Below, one piece after another: positions 1 through 8,540 of a stretch of DNA of 64,000 nucleotides. Made by a program: the position numbers and the translations under genes. The notes beneath the pieces are model-generated. The model searched no databases. It was not told the DNA's origin and saw only the letters and a list, made by a program, of their open reading frames with translations. Numbering within the stretch: the stretch's first letter is position 1; every line of letters starts with the position of its first letter. Source of the DNA: an uncultured Clostridiaceae bacterium (GTDB lineage: Bacteria; Bacillota; Clostridia; TANB77; CAG-508); contig CAOJCG010000002.1 in assembly GCA_948356915.1 (NCBI GenBank), forward strand, positions 128,484 to 192,483, written 5' to 3'.

Positions 1-1
1 G

Positions 2-418
2 TATAATGCAAATGGAAAAGCAGGAATTGTATACTTTGATGATGAACAAAATGTTCGCAGCTATATTGTGGCTGAAGTTCCATTTGACATGAAAGAGAAT
101 ATGTATTTCATTAATGAGAATTATGTTATTTATGATTTTCATGATGTAAAATATCTGTATTTTAAAGGTCAATATGTTGGACAGATATGTTGGTTTAAAT
201 CAAAAACAAAGCATCCTATCTTTGTGCGTACTGATAAAGGTTTTTATATCGGACAGACTTTCTTCGATGAAAAAGGATTTTTCGATATAATGTATTTACA
301 TGTAGATTATATAAGTGATATTTGTAAATCTACAAATATCAGAAAAGTCACATTAAGGTCTGGCCCAAGAACTTACAATTTTAAGTATGATTCAAAAGTT
401 GGTAAAGTAGTAAAATAG
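2..418 (+). CDS. Hypothetical protein. The reading frame is open to the window start, so it is 5' partial; it is the first gene of the mobile element remnant.
   Basis: ORF track 68..418. The same frame has no stop back to position 2. Confidence 0.45.
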   Translation, partial: YNANGKAGIVYFDDEQNVRSYIVAEVPFDMKENMYFINENYVIYDFHDVKYLYFKGQYVGQICWFKSKTKHPIFVRTDKGFYIGQTFFDEKGFFDIMYLHVDYISDICKSTNIRKVTLRSGPRTYNFKYDSKVGKVVK

Positions 419-494
419 TAATAATGTTAGTCTATAGAGAGGACTTGAGATGTATAAATTCACATTTCAAGTTTCTCTTTTTTATTTGTCATAT

Positions 495-1682
495 TTATAA
501 ATCTAATTCTAATTCTTTTTCTCTCTCATATTCAAGTTGCTTTTTGGGGTCAATAAAAGTATGAGTTTCTTCTTCAAATTTTTTAACTAATTCTTTAGAT
601 TCTCCAATACCAAATTTGTGACAAATCCAAACTATAAACTTATCAACAGTTTCACAGAATTTATCTATTATTTTGTGCAAATGATTATTTTCCTTTTCTA
701 AACTTTTGATTTTACTTTTATATTTCCATTCAATATCAAATTCCTTTTCCTTATATTCTGCTTTAATATTGTTTATTTGATTATGAAGTTCTGTATTATC
801 AGCAAGTATGGAATCTCTTTCTTTTTGATATTTTTCTGCCTTATTAACTAAATTTACTTGTTTTGATAATTCATTATGCAATTTTAGATTTTCTTGATAC
901 AATTCCATAATTTTATCATCTTTAGGCTTAATAATTTCATCTTCTACTTTTTCTCTATTAAGTTTTATGAGTTTAATATCATTTATATTTGGTGTTTCTG
1001 GTAATTCTAGTTTTATATTATCTAATACTTTTTTAGTATTTTCAAAATTAGTCAATTTCTTTAAATCTTCTATTTTCTCGTGTTTTGCTCCAGTTTCTTC
1101 TACTGGTAATCCTCGTTTTAAATCAAAGCCTTTTGAAGTTACATATTTGTGAAAAGCATTTTGCAGTTGTCTGTAACTATCTCTGCCTTTCCAAAAATCT
1201 CTACAACATATTTTATCAATATCTTTGCCTTCTTTATCTTTTGTATGAATTACTGGTATATATACTAAATGCATGTGAGGTGTAGTTTCATCTAAATGTA
1301 CTGCTGCTGATACAATATATTTTTCACCAAGATTTTTATAATTGCATACAAATTTATAACTTTCTTTGAAATATCGTTTTGTTTCTTCTAAACCAATTTT
1401 ATTAAAAAAAGCATTATCGGAAGTAATCATCATTTCACACATGATATTGCTATTACTTCTAATAGTGCCTTTTAAATCATATTCCTTTTTCATTTTATCA
1501 AATTCTTTTATATAAGTTAGTTCATTTTTCTTACAGTAAAAATTCAAATGTGTTCTTGTAGGGTCAATATCTTTATTAGAATGACCTTTTGACCTTCTAT
1601 CATTGTGAATGTATGATCCCTGTGCATCCACTCTTGTTAATTTATCATTTCTTATAATAGCATAGCTCATATCTTCTTGCAC
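495..1682 (-). CDS. MobV/Pre-family plasmid recombination/mobilization relaxase.
   Basis: A 395-aa ORF carrying the HMHLVYIPV histidine motif typical of pMV158 MobM/Pre relaxases. The C-terminal half is coiled-coil. Confidence 0.85.
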   Translation of the reverse strand: MQEDMSYAIIRNDKLTRVDAQGSYIHNDRRSKGHSNKDIDPTRTHLNFYCKKNELTYIKEFDKMKKEYDLKGTIRSNSNIMCEMMITSDNAFFNKIGLEETKRYFKESYKFVCNYKNLGEKYIVSAAVHLDETTPHMHLVYIPVIHTKDKEGKDIDKICCRDFWKGRDSYRQLQNAFHKYVTSKGFDLKRGLPVEETGAKHEKIEDLKKLTNFENTKKVLDNIKLELPETPNINDIKLIKLNREKVEDEIIKPKDDKIMELYQENLKLHNELSKQVNLVNKAEKYQKERDSILADNTELHNQINNIKAEYKEKEFDIEWKYKSKIKSLEKENNHLHKIIDKFCETVDKFIVWICHKFGIGESKELVKKFEEETHTFIDPKKQLEYEREKELELDL

Positions 1683-1808
1683 CTCCTTCTTTGCTCAAGA
1701 TATTCTTTGAATGTCTAACATACTAGACAAACAAGTTTGTCCGTATGGCAGGGTTTTGCAACCCCACACCCCAAAACCTAAAAAATTGCTATACGCATTT
1801 TTAGGTTT

Positions 1809-1841
1809 TTCATAAAAATTTGCTTGTCGCAATTTTTATGA
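1809..1841. promoter_or_regulatory. Perfect 12-bp inverted repeat, ttcataaaaatt-N9-aatttttatgaa, upstream of mob. Candidate oriT or operator hairpin. A second inverted repeat, ggtgtaataat...attattacacc, lies at 1954-1994.
   Basis: Palindromes read directly from the sequence, positioned just 5' of the relaxase start. Confidence 0.35.
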
Positions 1842-2300
1842 ATGTGAGCAAAAAAATAAATTTTTTACTCACAACAAAAAAGCACCTATGCTTTTTTGTA
1901 TTCACTTTAGCAATTCAAAGTAGAAACCAGAGGGAGAGAGCTAAAGTGAATTAGGTGTAATAATCCCATTTGTAAAAAATAGAATTATTACACCTATATA
2001 AGCTGAAACCGTCGGTCGTTTGCCTCGTTTCATAGGTAGTCTAGTAAGTAGTAATATCACTACTATAATTGTTGATACATTTAAGTATCTTTGTTCATAC
2101 TTGCCCAAACTTTTTACAATTACAAATCCATATCAAATATGCCACCGAATACTCTTTAATTTATTGTGAGTTTTTGTTCCAAGATCTCACTTACGCACTT
2201 TGTATAATTAGACTGCTTATACAAATACGAATGGACTTTATAGCATCGGCTCATCACACCAAATAGCTTTTATAGAGGCTATTGCATTTCTCTTTGCACG

Positions 2301-2339
2301 ACAAAAAAGCCCGTTTGTAGATTTTTATTCTACAAACGG
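2301..2339 (-). terminator. Rho-independent terminator of the two-gene cargo operon.
   Basis: On the minus strand, the hairpin ccgtttgtagaataaaaatctacaaacgg is followed by cttttttgt. Confidence 0.6.
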
Positions 2340-2380
2340 ACTTTATCGCTTATATATTTAATTGTACTAGAAATTTATAA

Positions 2381-3391
2381 TTATATAAGATTATTTTTAT
2401 ATAAATTATATTTATTTTTTATATATAATCCTAATCCAATATGATTTTGATTAATTTTAATTTCTTTAGAGTTATGTCCAACATAAGTATATTCTTTAGA
2501 TGAATCCATGATATCTTGTGAATTTATATTTTTTAAATATTTGCTTTCAAAATAATCTTTTTCTTCTTCTGTATCATATTCAATAACTATTTCATTTAAA
2601 CGATTCATGGCATACACTTCTTCAGTATTGTCATAGCCTTTTTTATAATTAAAAAGGAAATTTCTTAAAATTATTTCTTTACTGTTTTTTATAAAATATT
2701 TATATTTGTAAGTATGTCCATCATAATGAATAAAACTAGATAAAGGTACAATAGTTTTTAATCTACTTGAATCTAAACATACTACTTGGGTTGAGTATAT
2801 GCAAGTTGTATTATATTTTAAAACAAGTGTATAAAATGATGTACTTTCATTTGTCATTAAATAACTATAGAATTCAGTATTATGATTATCATCATCAATT
2901 ATTTCAATCATATAACTAGGATTTTCTTTGAAATAGTAACCATCAACATTCTCCTCTTGTATTCGTTCCCAGTTATCTGCATCTCTCAAAGTATCAAATA
3001 TATATTCTAATTTATTTTTCTTTTTTAAATTGATTCTTTGTCCAAAATTATAAATTATTGTATTTTCCATTTCATCTTTCCAACTATGAAGTAACTTTAC
3101 TGTATATTTTGATTCATCACTATCTATAAGTTTTGCACAACTCTGACAAAGCCAAATACCATTATTTAAGGCTTTTCTTTCTTCTTCAGTCATATTTTTA
3201 TTGTATCTTGGTCCACCAGGAGATGCTGCACAAATATGAGAAGCTACACCAATATTATTAATAGTATGATTAGTAGCAGGACCTATTGTTAGTTTTTGAC
3301 AACTTGGGTTAGAACATATGAAAGCAACTCTTTTGGCAAGTTTTAATTTAATTATTTCTGTAAAATCATCTCTTTTATTTTTTTTCATCAT
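2381..3391 (-). CDS. HNH-like nuclease domain protein with an uncharacterised ~230-aa C-terminal extension. It is the second gene of the cargo operon.
   Basis: The N-terminus has CSNPSC...ASHICAAS...NGIWLCQSCAKLID, which fits a CxxC / H-I / N / LCxxC HNH signature. There is a 22-nt gap to the upstream gene. Confidence 0.6.
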   Translation of the reverse strand: MMKKNKRDDFTEIIKLKLAKRVAFICSNPSCQKLTIGPATNHTINNIGVASHICAASPGGPRYNKNMTEEERKALNNGIWLCQSCAKLIDSDESKYTVKLLHSWKDEMENTIIYNFGQRINLKKKNKLEYIFDTLRDADNWERIQEENVDGYYFKENPSYMIEIIDDDNHNTEFYSYLMTNESTSFYTLVLKYNTTCIYSTQVVCLDSSRLKTIVPLSSFIHYDGHTYKYKYFIKNSKEIILRNFLFNYKKGYDNTEEVYAMNRLNEIVIEYDTEEEKDYFESKYLKNINSQDIMDSSKEYTYVGHNSKEIKINQNHIGLGLYIKNKYNLYKNNLI

Positions 3392-3413
3392 ATTTTCCTC
3401 TCGTTTTATAAGT

Positions 3414-4538
3414 TTATCTCATTTTGTTAGGCCATGGCAACGGATAATGTTCACCATATTGCAAATTGTAATGTGTTATTTTTGATGTTATATTGTTCAT
3501 AATTTGAGGTGTTGAATCTTGAATAACTTTTTTTACATTGTAGTCATCATATTTGTCTTCTATATAAGTATAACTTAATAGCTTTTGATGTAATAATGTT
3601 AAAAAATCATTTACACATACATCAACAGACATAGCAATTAATGTAGATTCTTTTGAAATTTTAGGGTCAATAAAATTCTCCCATTTATGTGCATTATATC
3701 TTACCAACATTCCATAGCTCATTATCAATAAATAACAATAAAACATAAGATTAAGACAATATATACCATCTTCAAACTTATTTGGTAGTATAAGATGCTC
3801 ATTATAAAATAAACTATTTTTTATAGCATCATCATGTTCGATTTTTTCTTTTCCTTTCATATTAAAACCAATATGCAAAATATTAATTCTATCATCATAA
3901 GTTCCATGTATTCCATACTCTTCAGATATTTCTTTTCTTTGCTCAATCTGTTTAAAGTCCCCACAATACATTTCAAAATCTCCTTTACTGTTGGGGACTC
4001 TTTTGGCTACATTTGACATTTTTAATGTTGTTTTATTAAAAATATCAGATATTTCTGGAATTTGGCTTAGTAATAATTCAAATGATATTTCTTGTTTTTT
4101 TAAAACAGTATTATTAAAAAGCTTTAATATAAATGTTGGAACTCCACTTTGTTTAAGGGTAATATTTGTTTCTAAAATATTATCTTTGATATTATTATCT
4201 GAAATGCAAAAACCATGGTCTTTAAAATATTTTAACATTTCTTCATCTAAATATAGAAGATATGCCATTCCTTTAGCAAAATTATTCAAAGCATAAGAAT
4301 ATAATAATGGATTAGTAGATAAATTAGCATTTTGAGCAGATATTATAAATTCATTAGCTTGTCTAAAACAAGCTGAAGCCACTTCAGAAGAATACAAGAT
4401 TTTAGTTTCCTCACCATCTGGATATTTGTTTTTTATGTAGTTATAACAATAATTAGTTTGTTGAAATAGTTGTAAATCTGCTAAAATATCTTTTAGTGGA
4501 TTATTTGAAATTTTAGTGTTTAACATTTTTCCCTCCAT
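3414..4538 (-). CDS. Hypothetical 374-aa protein with no P-loop. It is the first gene of the cargo operon, upstream of the HNH fusion.
   Basis: ORF track. Co-oriented and tightly spaced with 2381..3391. Confidence 0.5.
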   Translation of the reverse strand: MEGKMLNTKISNNPLKDILADLQLFQQTNYCYNYIKNKYPDGEETKILYSSEVASACFRQANEFIISAQNANLSTNPLLYSYALNNFAKGMAYLLYLDEEMLKYFKDHGFCISDNNIKDNILETNITLKQSGVPTFILKLFNNTVLKKQEISFELLLSQIPEISDIFNKTTLKMSNVAKRVPNSKGDFEMYCGDFKQIEQRKEISEEYGIHGTYDDRINILHIGFNMKGKEKIEHDDAIKNSLFYNEHLILPNKFEDGIYCLNLMFYCYLLIMSYGMLVRYNAHKWENFIDPKISKESTLIAMSVDVCVNDFLTLLHQKLLSYTYIEDKYDDYNVKKVIQDSTPQIMNNITSKITHYNLQYGEHYPLPWPNKMR

Positions 4539-4777
4539 ATACTATTATTTTTTTGTATTATATCATAATTTATAAAATTTATAAATATCAATAATAAGTT
4601 AGACTGTTATTCTATCAAAAGTTCTAACATAGTTCTAACACTTAATTCAAAATTTTAGAAAAGAAATTTTTTGCTTTTTCTTGCATATTTAACAATACTT
4701 GTGCTATAATCTCCTACAGAGAAGCTAAATAGGTTAGTTATCAAAAGAGATTAATTGATGTTATCTAATGGTAAAAA

Positions 4778-4850
4778 GCAGATGGCGTAAAATTCTTAAA
4801 ATCCTGCGGTTGAATAAACCGTGCCGGTTCGATTCCGGCCATCTGCACCA
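4778..4850 (+). tRNA. tRNA-like element. It has a 7-bp acceptor stem (GCAGATG/CATCTGC), a canonical T-arm (GCCGG TTCGATT CCGGC), a discriminator and an encoded CCA, but no convincing D-arm. It may be a degenerate tRNA or an att-site remnant.
   Basis: ggttcgattccggccatctgcacca is read directly from the sequence. The 5' complement gcagatggc lies 70 nt upstream, and a terminator follows. Confidence 0.35.
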
Positions 4851-4852
4851 TG

Positions 4853-4893
4853 GGAGAGTAAGGAAATAGCAATTTTCTTACTCTCTTTTTTTC
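4853..4893 (+). terminator. Rho-independent terminator after the tRNA-like element.
   Basis: Hairpin gagagtaagg...cttactctc followed by a T7 run. Confidence 0.6.
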
Positions 4894-4936
4894 TTTATTA
4901 TTTCCATTTTTGCTAATGTTTTGCTAATCTAATTTA

Positions 4937-5700
4937 TTAACTTGTTTTTAAAAATATATCAAAATTATTGGCTAGTTCTTTATTAGTTGCCTCATATATA
5001 TGTGAGTATAAGTCCATTGTTATACTTATATTGCTATGCCCTAACCTTGTTGAAATTGCTTTTGCTGAAACTCCTTGTGCTAATAGTAGTGACGCGTGAG
5101 AATGTCTTAAATCGTGAAAACGTATATGTGGCAAGTTGTTATCTTCTAGTATTTGTTTAAATTTATGATTTAAACTACTAGGGCTTATAATAGAGCCGTC
5201 TTCTAGTGTACAAACGAATTCACTTTTATTTTTCTGCTTTTCCTTATACTCTTTTAATATTTCTATTAACGTTGGTGGCATACTTATATTACGCACACTG
5301 GTTTTAGTCTTTGTATTTCGTTACTATCAAAAACAGTTGCATTATATCTTTGCTTTTTTGGTACTTCTACGTTATCTGCAATATTTCTAATTACGAAATT
5401 CCATTTCATTGCTTTATTTAATGCTGAATGTATAATTCTATGAATATATACAATAGTTGTATTAGAAAGTTCCTTGATTAATTAGTTATAAAAATTTTGT
5501 AATTGCAGTGGTAGTAATTTATCCAACTTTATATTACCTAAATTTGGTATTATATATTTGTCAAAGTTTCTTCTGTAAATTCAGCAAAAAGAATAAATTT
5601 TCTGAAGCACTTGTTAATTGGTGATATATGGTAATTGTTCGTTTTAGTGAGACTGCAATACTTTTTGAAAATTCCCACTAAAAAATAGCTTTATTTTATT
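4937..5700 (-). pseudogene. Tyrosine recombinase/integrase, decayed. The C-terminal 119 aa are intact (HDLRHSHAS...LGHS...Y). The N-terminal parts are recognisable in two other frames.
   Basis: ORF 4937..5296 has the R-H-R-Y catalytic-domain signature. Reverse-complement translation of 5297-5700 gives integrase-like segments (IVYIHRIIHSALNKAMKWNF..., YHISPINKCFRKF...) separated by frameshifts. Confidence 0.7.
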
Positions 5701-5868
5701 GTTATTTACTTGATATTATATAAGGTTATTTTCAAAAAATCTTGCTTATTTCTAACTCTCTTGGATAGCTTGTGCTTCTCTATGTGGTTAGCTATATATA
5801 CCTTCACTTTGGGCTTTCACCATTTAGTCAAATGGCATGCCTGCCATACACTCTAATAGAACAAAAGG

Positions 5869-6063
5869 CTAGTTCCTTCCTTCTTCTTTTTCTATCCTTT
5901 TTGTTATCATTTTTAGTGCTTTATGTCTTTCTAACATTATTACATGTGAGCATCCTAAGCATTTTAGTTTAAAGTCTACTCCTACTCTTGTTATTTCCCA
6001 TAATTTGCTTCCACATGGATGTTGTTTTTTTGTTCTTACTATATCTCCTATGTTATATTCCAT
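5869..6063 (-). CDS. DUF951-family small protein.
   Basis: The 64-aa MEYNIGDIVRTKKQHPCGSKLWEI...CLGCSH sequence matches the conserved Firmicutes DUF951 pattern. Confidence 0.65.
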   Translation of the reverse strand: MEYNIGDIVRTKKQHPCGSKLWEITRVGVDFKLKCLGCSHVIMLERHKALKMITKRIEKEEGRN

Positions 6064-6114
6064 AATTTTTACCTCTATTTTTGACTTCTAAAATCTGTAA
6101 TCATATGTCAGATG

Positions 6115-6168
6115 CTAGGGTAGTTTCTTCGAAGAACGGGTCGCCGAAGGCGGCGACCCCTACATACG
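6115..6168. repeat. CCCCTACA-family unit ctagggtagtttcttcgaagaacgggtcgccgaaggcggcgacccctaca, with a GC hairpin on a GAAG tetraloop.
   Basis: Homologous to 40855-40913 and 15481-15536. Confidence 0.55.
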
Positions 6169-6193
6169 ATTTCTTTTCCCTTAATTCTGACTT

Positions 6194-7843
6194 TTATTTC
6201 ATTGCTTCTTCGAAACGTTTAAATATTCTTTCCTTACCTAATACTTGCATTATTTCATACATGTCTGGTGTGTTTGCTTTTGAGGTTAGTGCTACTCTTA
6301 GTACTGTGCTTATATCTCCTACATGGCCTGGCCATTTTTCTGGTTCTTTTTTCCATTCTTTTACTTCTCTTGCAAAGCCTACTTCTTCTGCTAAGTCTTT
6401 TATTTTGTCGAACCATGTTTGTTTGTCGTCATTTTCATTATAATATTTTTCCATGTATAATTTTACTATTTTATTTATTAATTCTTTGTCTGTTACTTTT
6501 TGATATTCGTATGTTCTTTCTTTTGCATAGAATTCATCATCATACATGTATTCTATATTTTCTTTTACATCTGACCATTTTGCTATGTCTTTTCTTGGTT
6601 TTGCATTTCCTCTTTCTATTCCAAATACTTTTAGGGCATATTCTTTGTCTTCTAATAATTTATATAGTTCTTCGTCATATATTTTTGCCCAGTTAACTGC
6701 TTCTTCATATATACTTTCAGCTGTATATTTTGATATTACTGTTTTTGCTATGTCTAATATTTTTACTATATCAAATAATGCTCCACTTACACTCATTTTG
6801 TTTAGTTGTAGTTCAAATTCATCTACAGAGGCACTTGGGTTTTGTTTTCTCCATAGTTCGAAGTTTGAATTTGCTATATTTAGTAAGTATTCTGTTACTG
6901 CTTCTTTTGGTACACCTATTTCTGTATAGTAACTTACTGCTGCTTCTGGGTCTTTACGTTTGCTTAGCTTACGTTTTCCACCATCATCTTCTTTCATTAT
7001 TGGTGCTATGTGTGCGTATTTAGGTGCTTTAAATTCTAACATTTGGAATAATTGTAAGTGTAGTGGTACTGATGATAGCCATTCGTCTCCACGTATTACA
7101 TGTGTTGTTCCCATTAGGTGGTCATCTACTGCGTGTGCAAAATGATATGTTGGAAGACCATCTGCTTTTATTATTACTATATCTTGGTCATTTTCTGGAA
7201 AGTCTACATTTCCTTTTATTACATCATGATGTTTTATTTTTCTATCTTCTCTGCCAGGTGATTTTAAACGAATTATATATTGTTCTCCATTCTTTATTTT
7301 TTCGATAGCTTCTTCTATGCTCAAATTTCTATATTTTGCCCATACTCCATAATATCCTGGACGTATTTTAGCTAGCTCTTGTTTTGCTCTCATTTCGTCT
7401 AATTCTTCTGGAGTAGCAAAACATGGGTATGCTTTGCCTTGTTCTAATAAATACTTAGCATAAGCCTGGTATATATCTTTTCTTAAAGATTGTTTGTATG
7501 GTCCATATTCTCCTATTTCTTCTGTTTCATTTATCATTCCTTCATCAGGAGTTAAGCCAAAGTCTCTTAATGATTCTATTATTCCTGTTACCCCATTTTC
7601 TACTTCTCTTTTTTGGTCTGTATCTTCTACTCTTAAAAAGAATACTCCTCCTGTTTGTTTTGCCATTTTTCTTGCTATTACTACTTGGTATAGTGAACCT
7701 AAGTGTACAAAACCTGTTGGACTTGGCGCAAACCTTGTTACTATTGCTCCTTCTTCTAAGTTTCTTTTTTTATATTTTTCTTCATAATATGAAATTTCCT
7801 TTACATCTGGAAATATTAAATTGGCTAAATCTTTATAATCCAT
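6194..7843 (-). CDS. gltX: Glutamate--tRNA ligase (class I aaRS, GluRS/GlnRS family, long clostridial form).
   Basis: RFAPSPTGFVHLG (HIGH-type motif), KLSKR (KMSKS motif) and HVIRGDEW are all present. Confidence 0.85.
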   Translation of the reverse strand: MDYKDLANLIFPDVKEISYYEEKYKKRNLEEGAIVTRFAPSPTGFVHLGSLYQVVIARKMAKQTGGVFFLRVEDTDQKREVENGVTGIIESLRDFGLTPDEGMINETEEIGEYGPYKQSLRKDIYQAYAKYLLEQGKAYPCFATPEELDEMRAKQELAKIRPGYYGVWAKYRNLSIEEAIEKIKNGEQYIIRLKSPGREDRKIKHHDVIKGNVDFPENDQDIVIIKADGLPTYHFAHAVDDHLMGTTHVIRGDEWLSSVPLHLQLFQMLEFKAPKYAHIAPIMKEDDGGKRKLSKRKDPEAAVSYYTEIGVPKEAVTEYLLNIANSNFELWRKQNPSASVDEFELQLNKMSVSGALFDIVKILDIAKTVISKYTAESIYEEAVNWAKIYDEELYKLLEDKEYALKVFGIERGNAKPRKDIAKWSDVKENIEYMYDDEFYAKERTYEYQKVTDKELINKIVKLYMEKYYNENDDKQTWFDKIKDLAEEVGFAREVKEWKKEPEKWPGHVGDISTVLRVALTSKANTPDMYEIMQVLGKERIFKRFEEAMK

Positions 7844-8160
7844 AATTTTCTCCTTCTTTCTTTTTCCTAGCTATTATAACAAATTTTAGTTTATACTTCA
7901 AGATATATAGTATTTAAGTTTTGATATTTTAAAAAAAATATTGAAACTTAGAATATAGTACACTTTTAATTCTCTATTTTTTACTTTTCATTTTAACCCT
8001 TTTATCTATTATAACTTTATATTATACTTTCCTTATTTTGTTTATTATTGCGTCTTTATTTTACATATTTTAATATTTCCTCTCTATGTAGTTAGCAATA
8101 TATATATCAGTCATTGAATTTCGATAATTATATAAACCTTCCTGCCACACCGAAACAAAA

Positions 8161-8250
8161 GGCACGGTGCCCCATGCCCTACATTTTAAATCGATTTTTC
8201 CTATTCAATAAAAAGATGGGGATTAATTACTCCCCATCTTTTTTCATTTC
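8161..8250. repeat. CCCCTACA-family unit plus a terminator hairpin aagatggggattaattactccccatctttttt.
   Basis: ggcacggtgccccatgccctaca...atcgatttttcctat. Confidence 0.5.
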
Positions 8251-8505
8251 TTGCTGTCTGGCTTACTTAAGGTTTATCCTTCTAACGCCTAACCTTCTAA
8301 GCCAAGAGGTTCTTGTCCATTCCTTCAAATGCCACTTGCCAGCACCTGCAAAGAGTCTGATCTTTTCTGCTGGAACTTCCATGGTAATGTAGTCTGACCA
8401 CTCTCTTCCTGCGATCTCGCAAAGGTTAAAGATTGCATAGTAACCTGTTTTGCGGTATTAGTAATAGCCTCTACATATATAATGAATATTTAATATTAGC
8501 TGTAT

Positions 8506-8540
8506 AAAAATAGCCCCTCATAATTTAGGGGTTATTTTTA
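8506..8540. terminator. Hairpin terminator downstream of RNase J.
   Basis: agcccctcataatttaggggtt flanked by A/T runs on both strands. Confidence 0.5.

Noticed and set aside
4778-4850. tmRNA 3' end, or a canonical tRNA gene
   Set aside because: The 5' strand of the acceptor stem lies only 70 nt upstream, so this is not a ~350-nt tmRNA. No D-arm or 7-nt anticodon loop can be folded, so it is not called a functional tRNA.
7844-8140. T-box leader upstream of gltX
   Set aside because: The region is AT-rich with no AGGGUGGNACCGCG-like T-box sequence and no antiterminator/terminator pair. No T-box is called.
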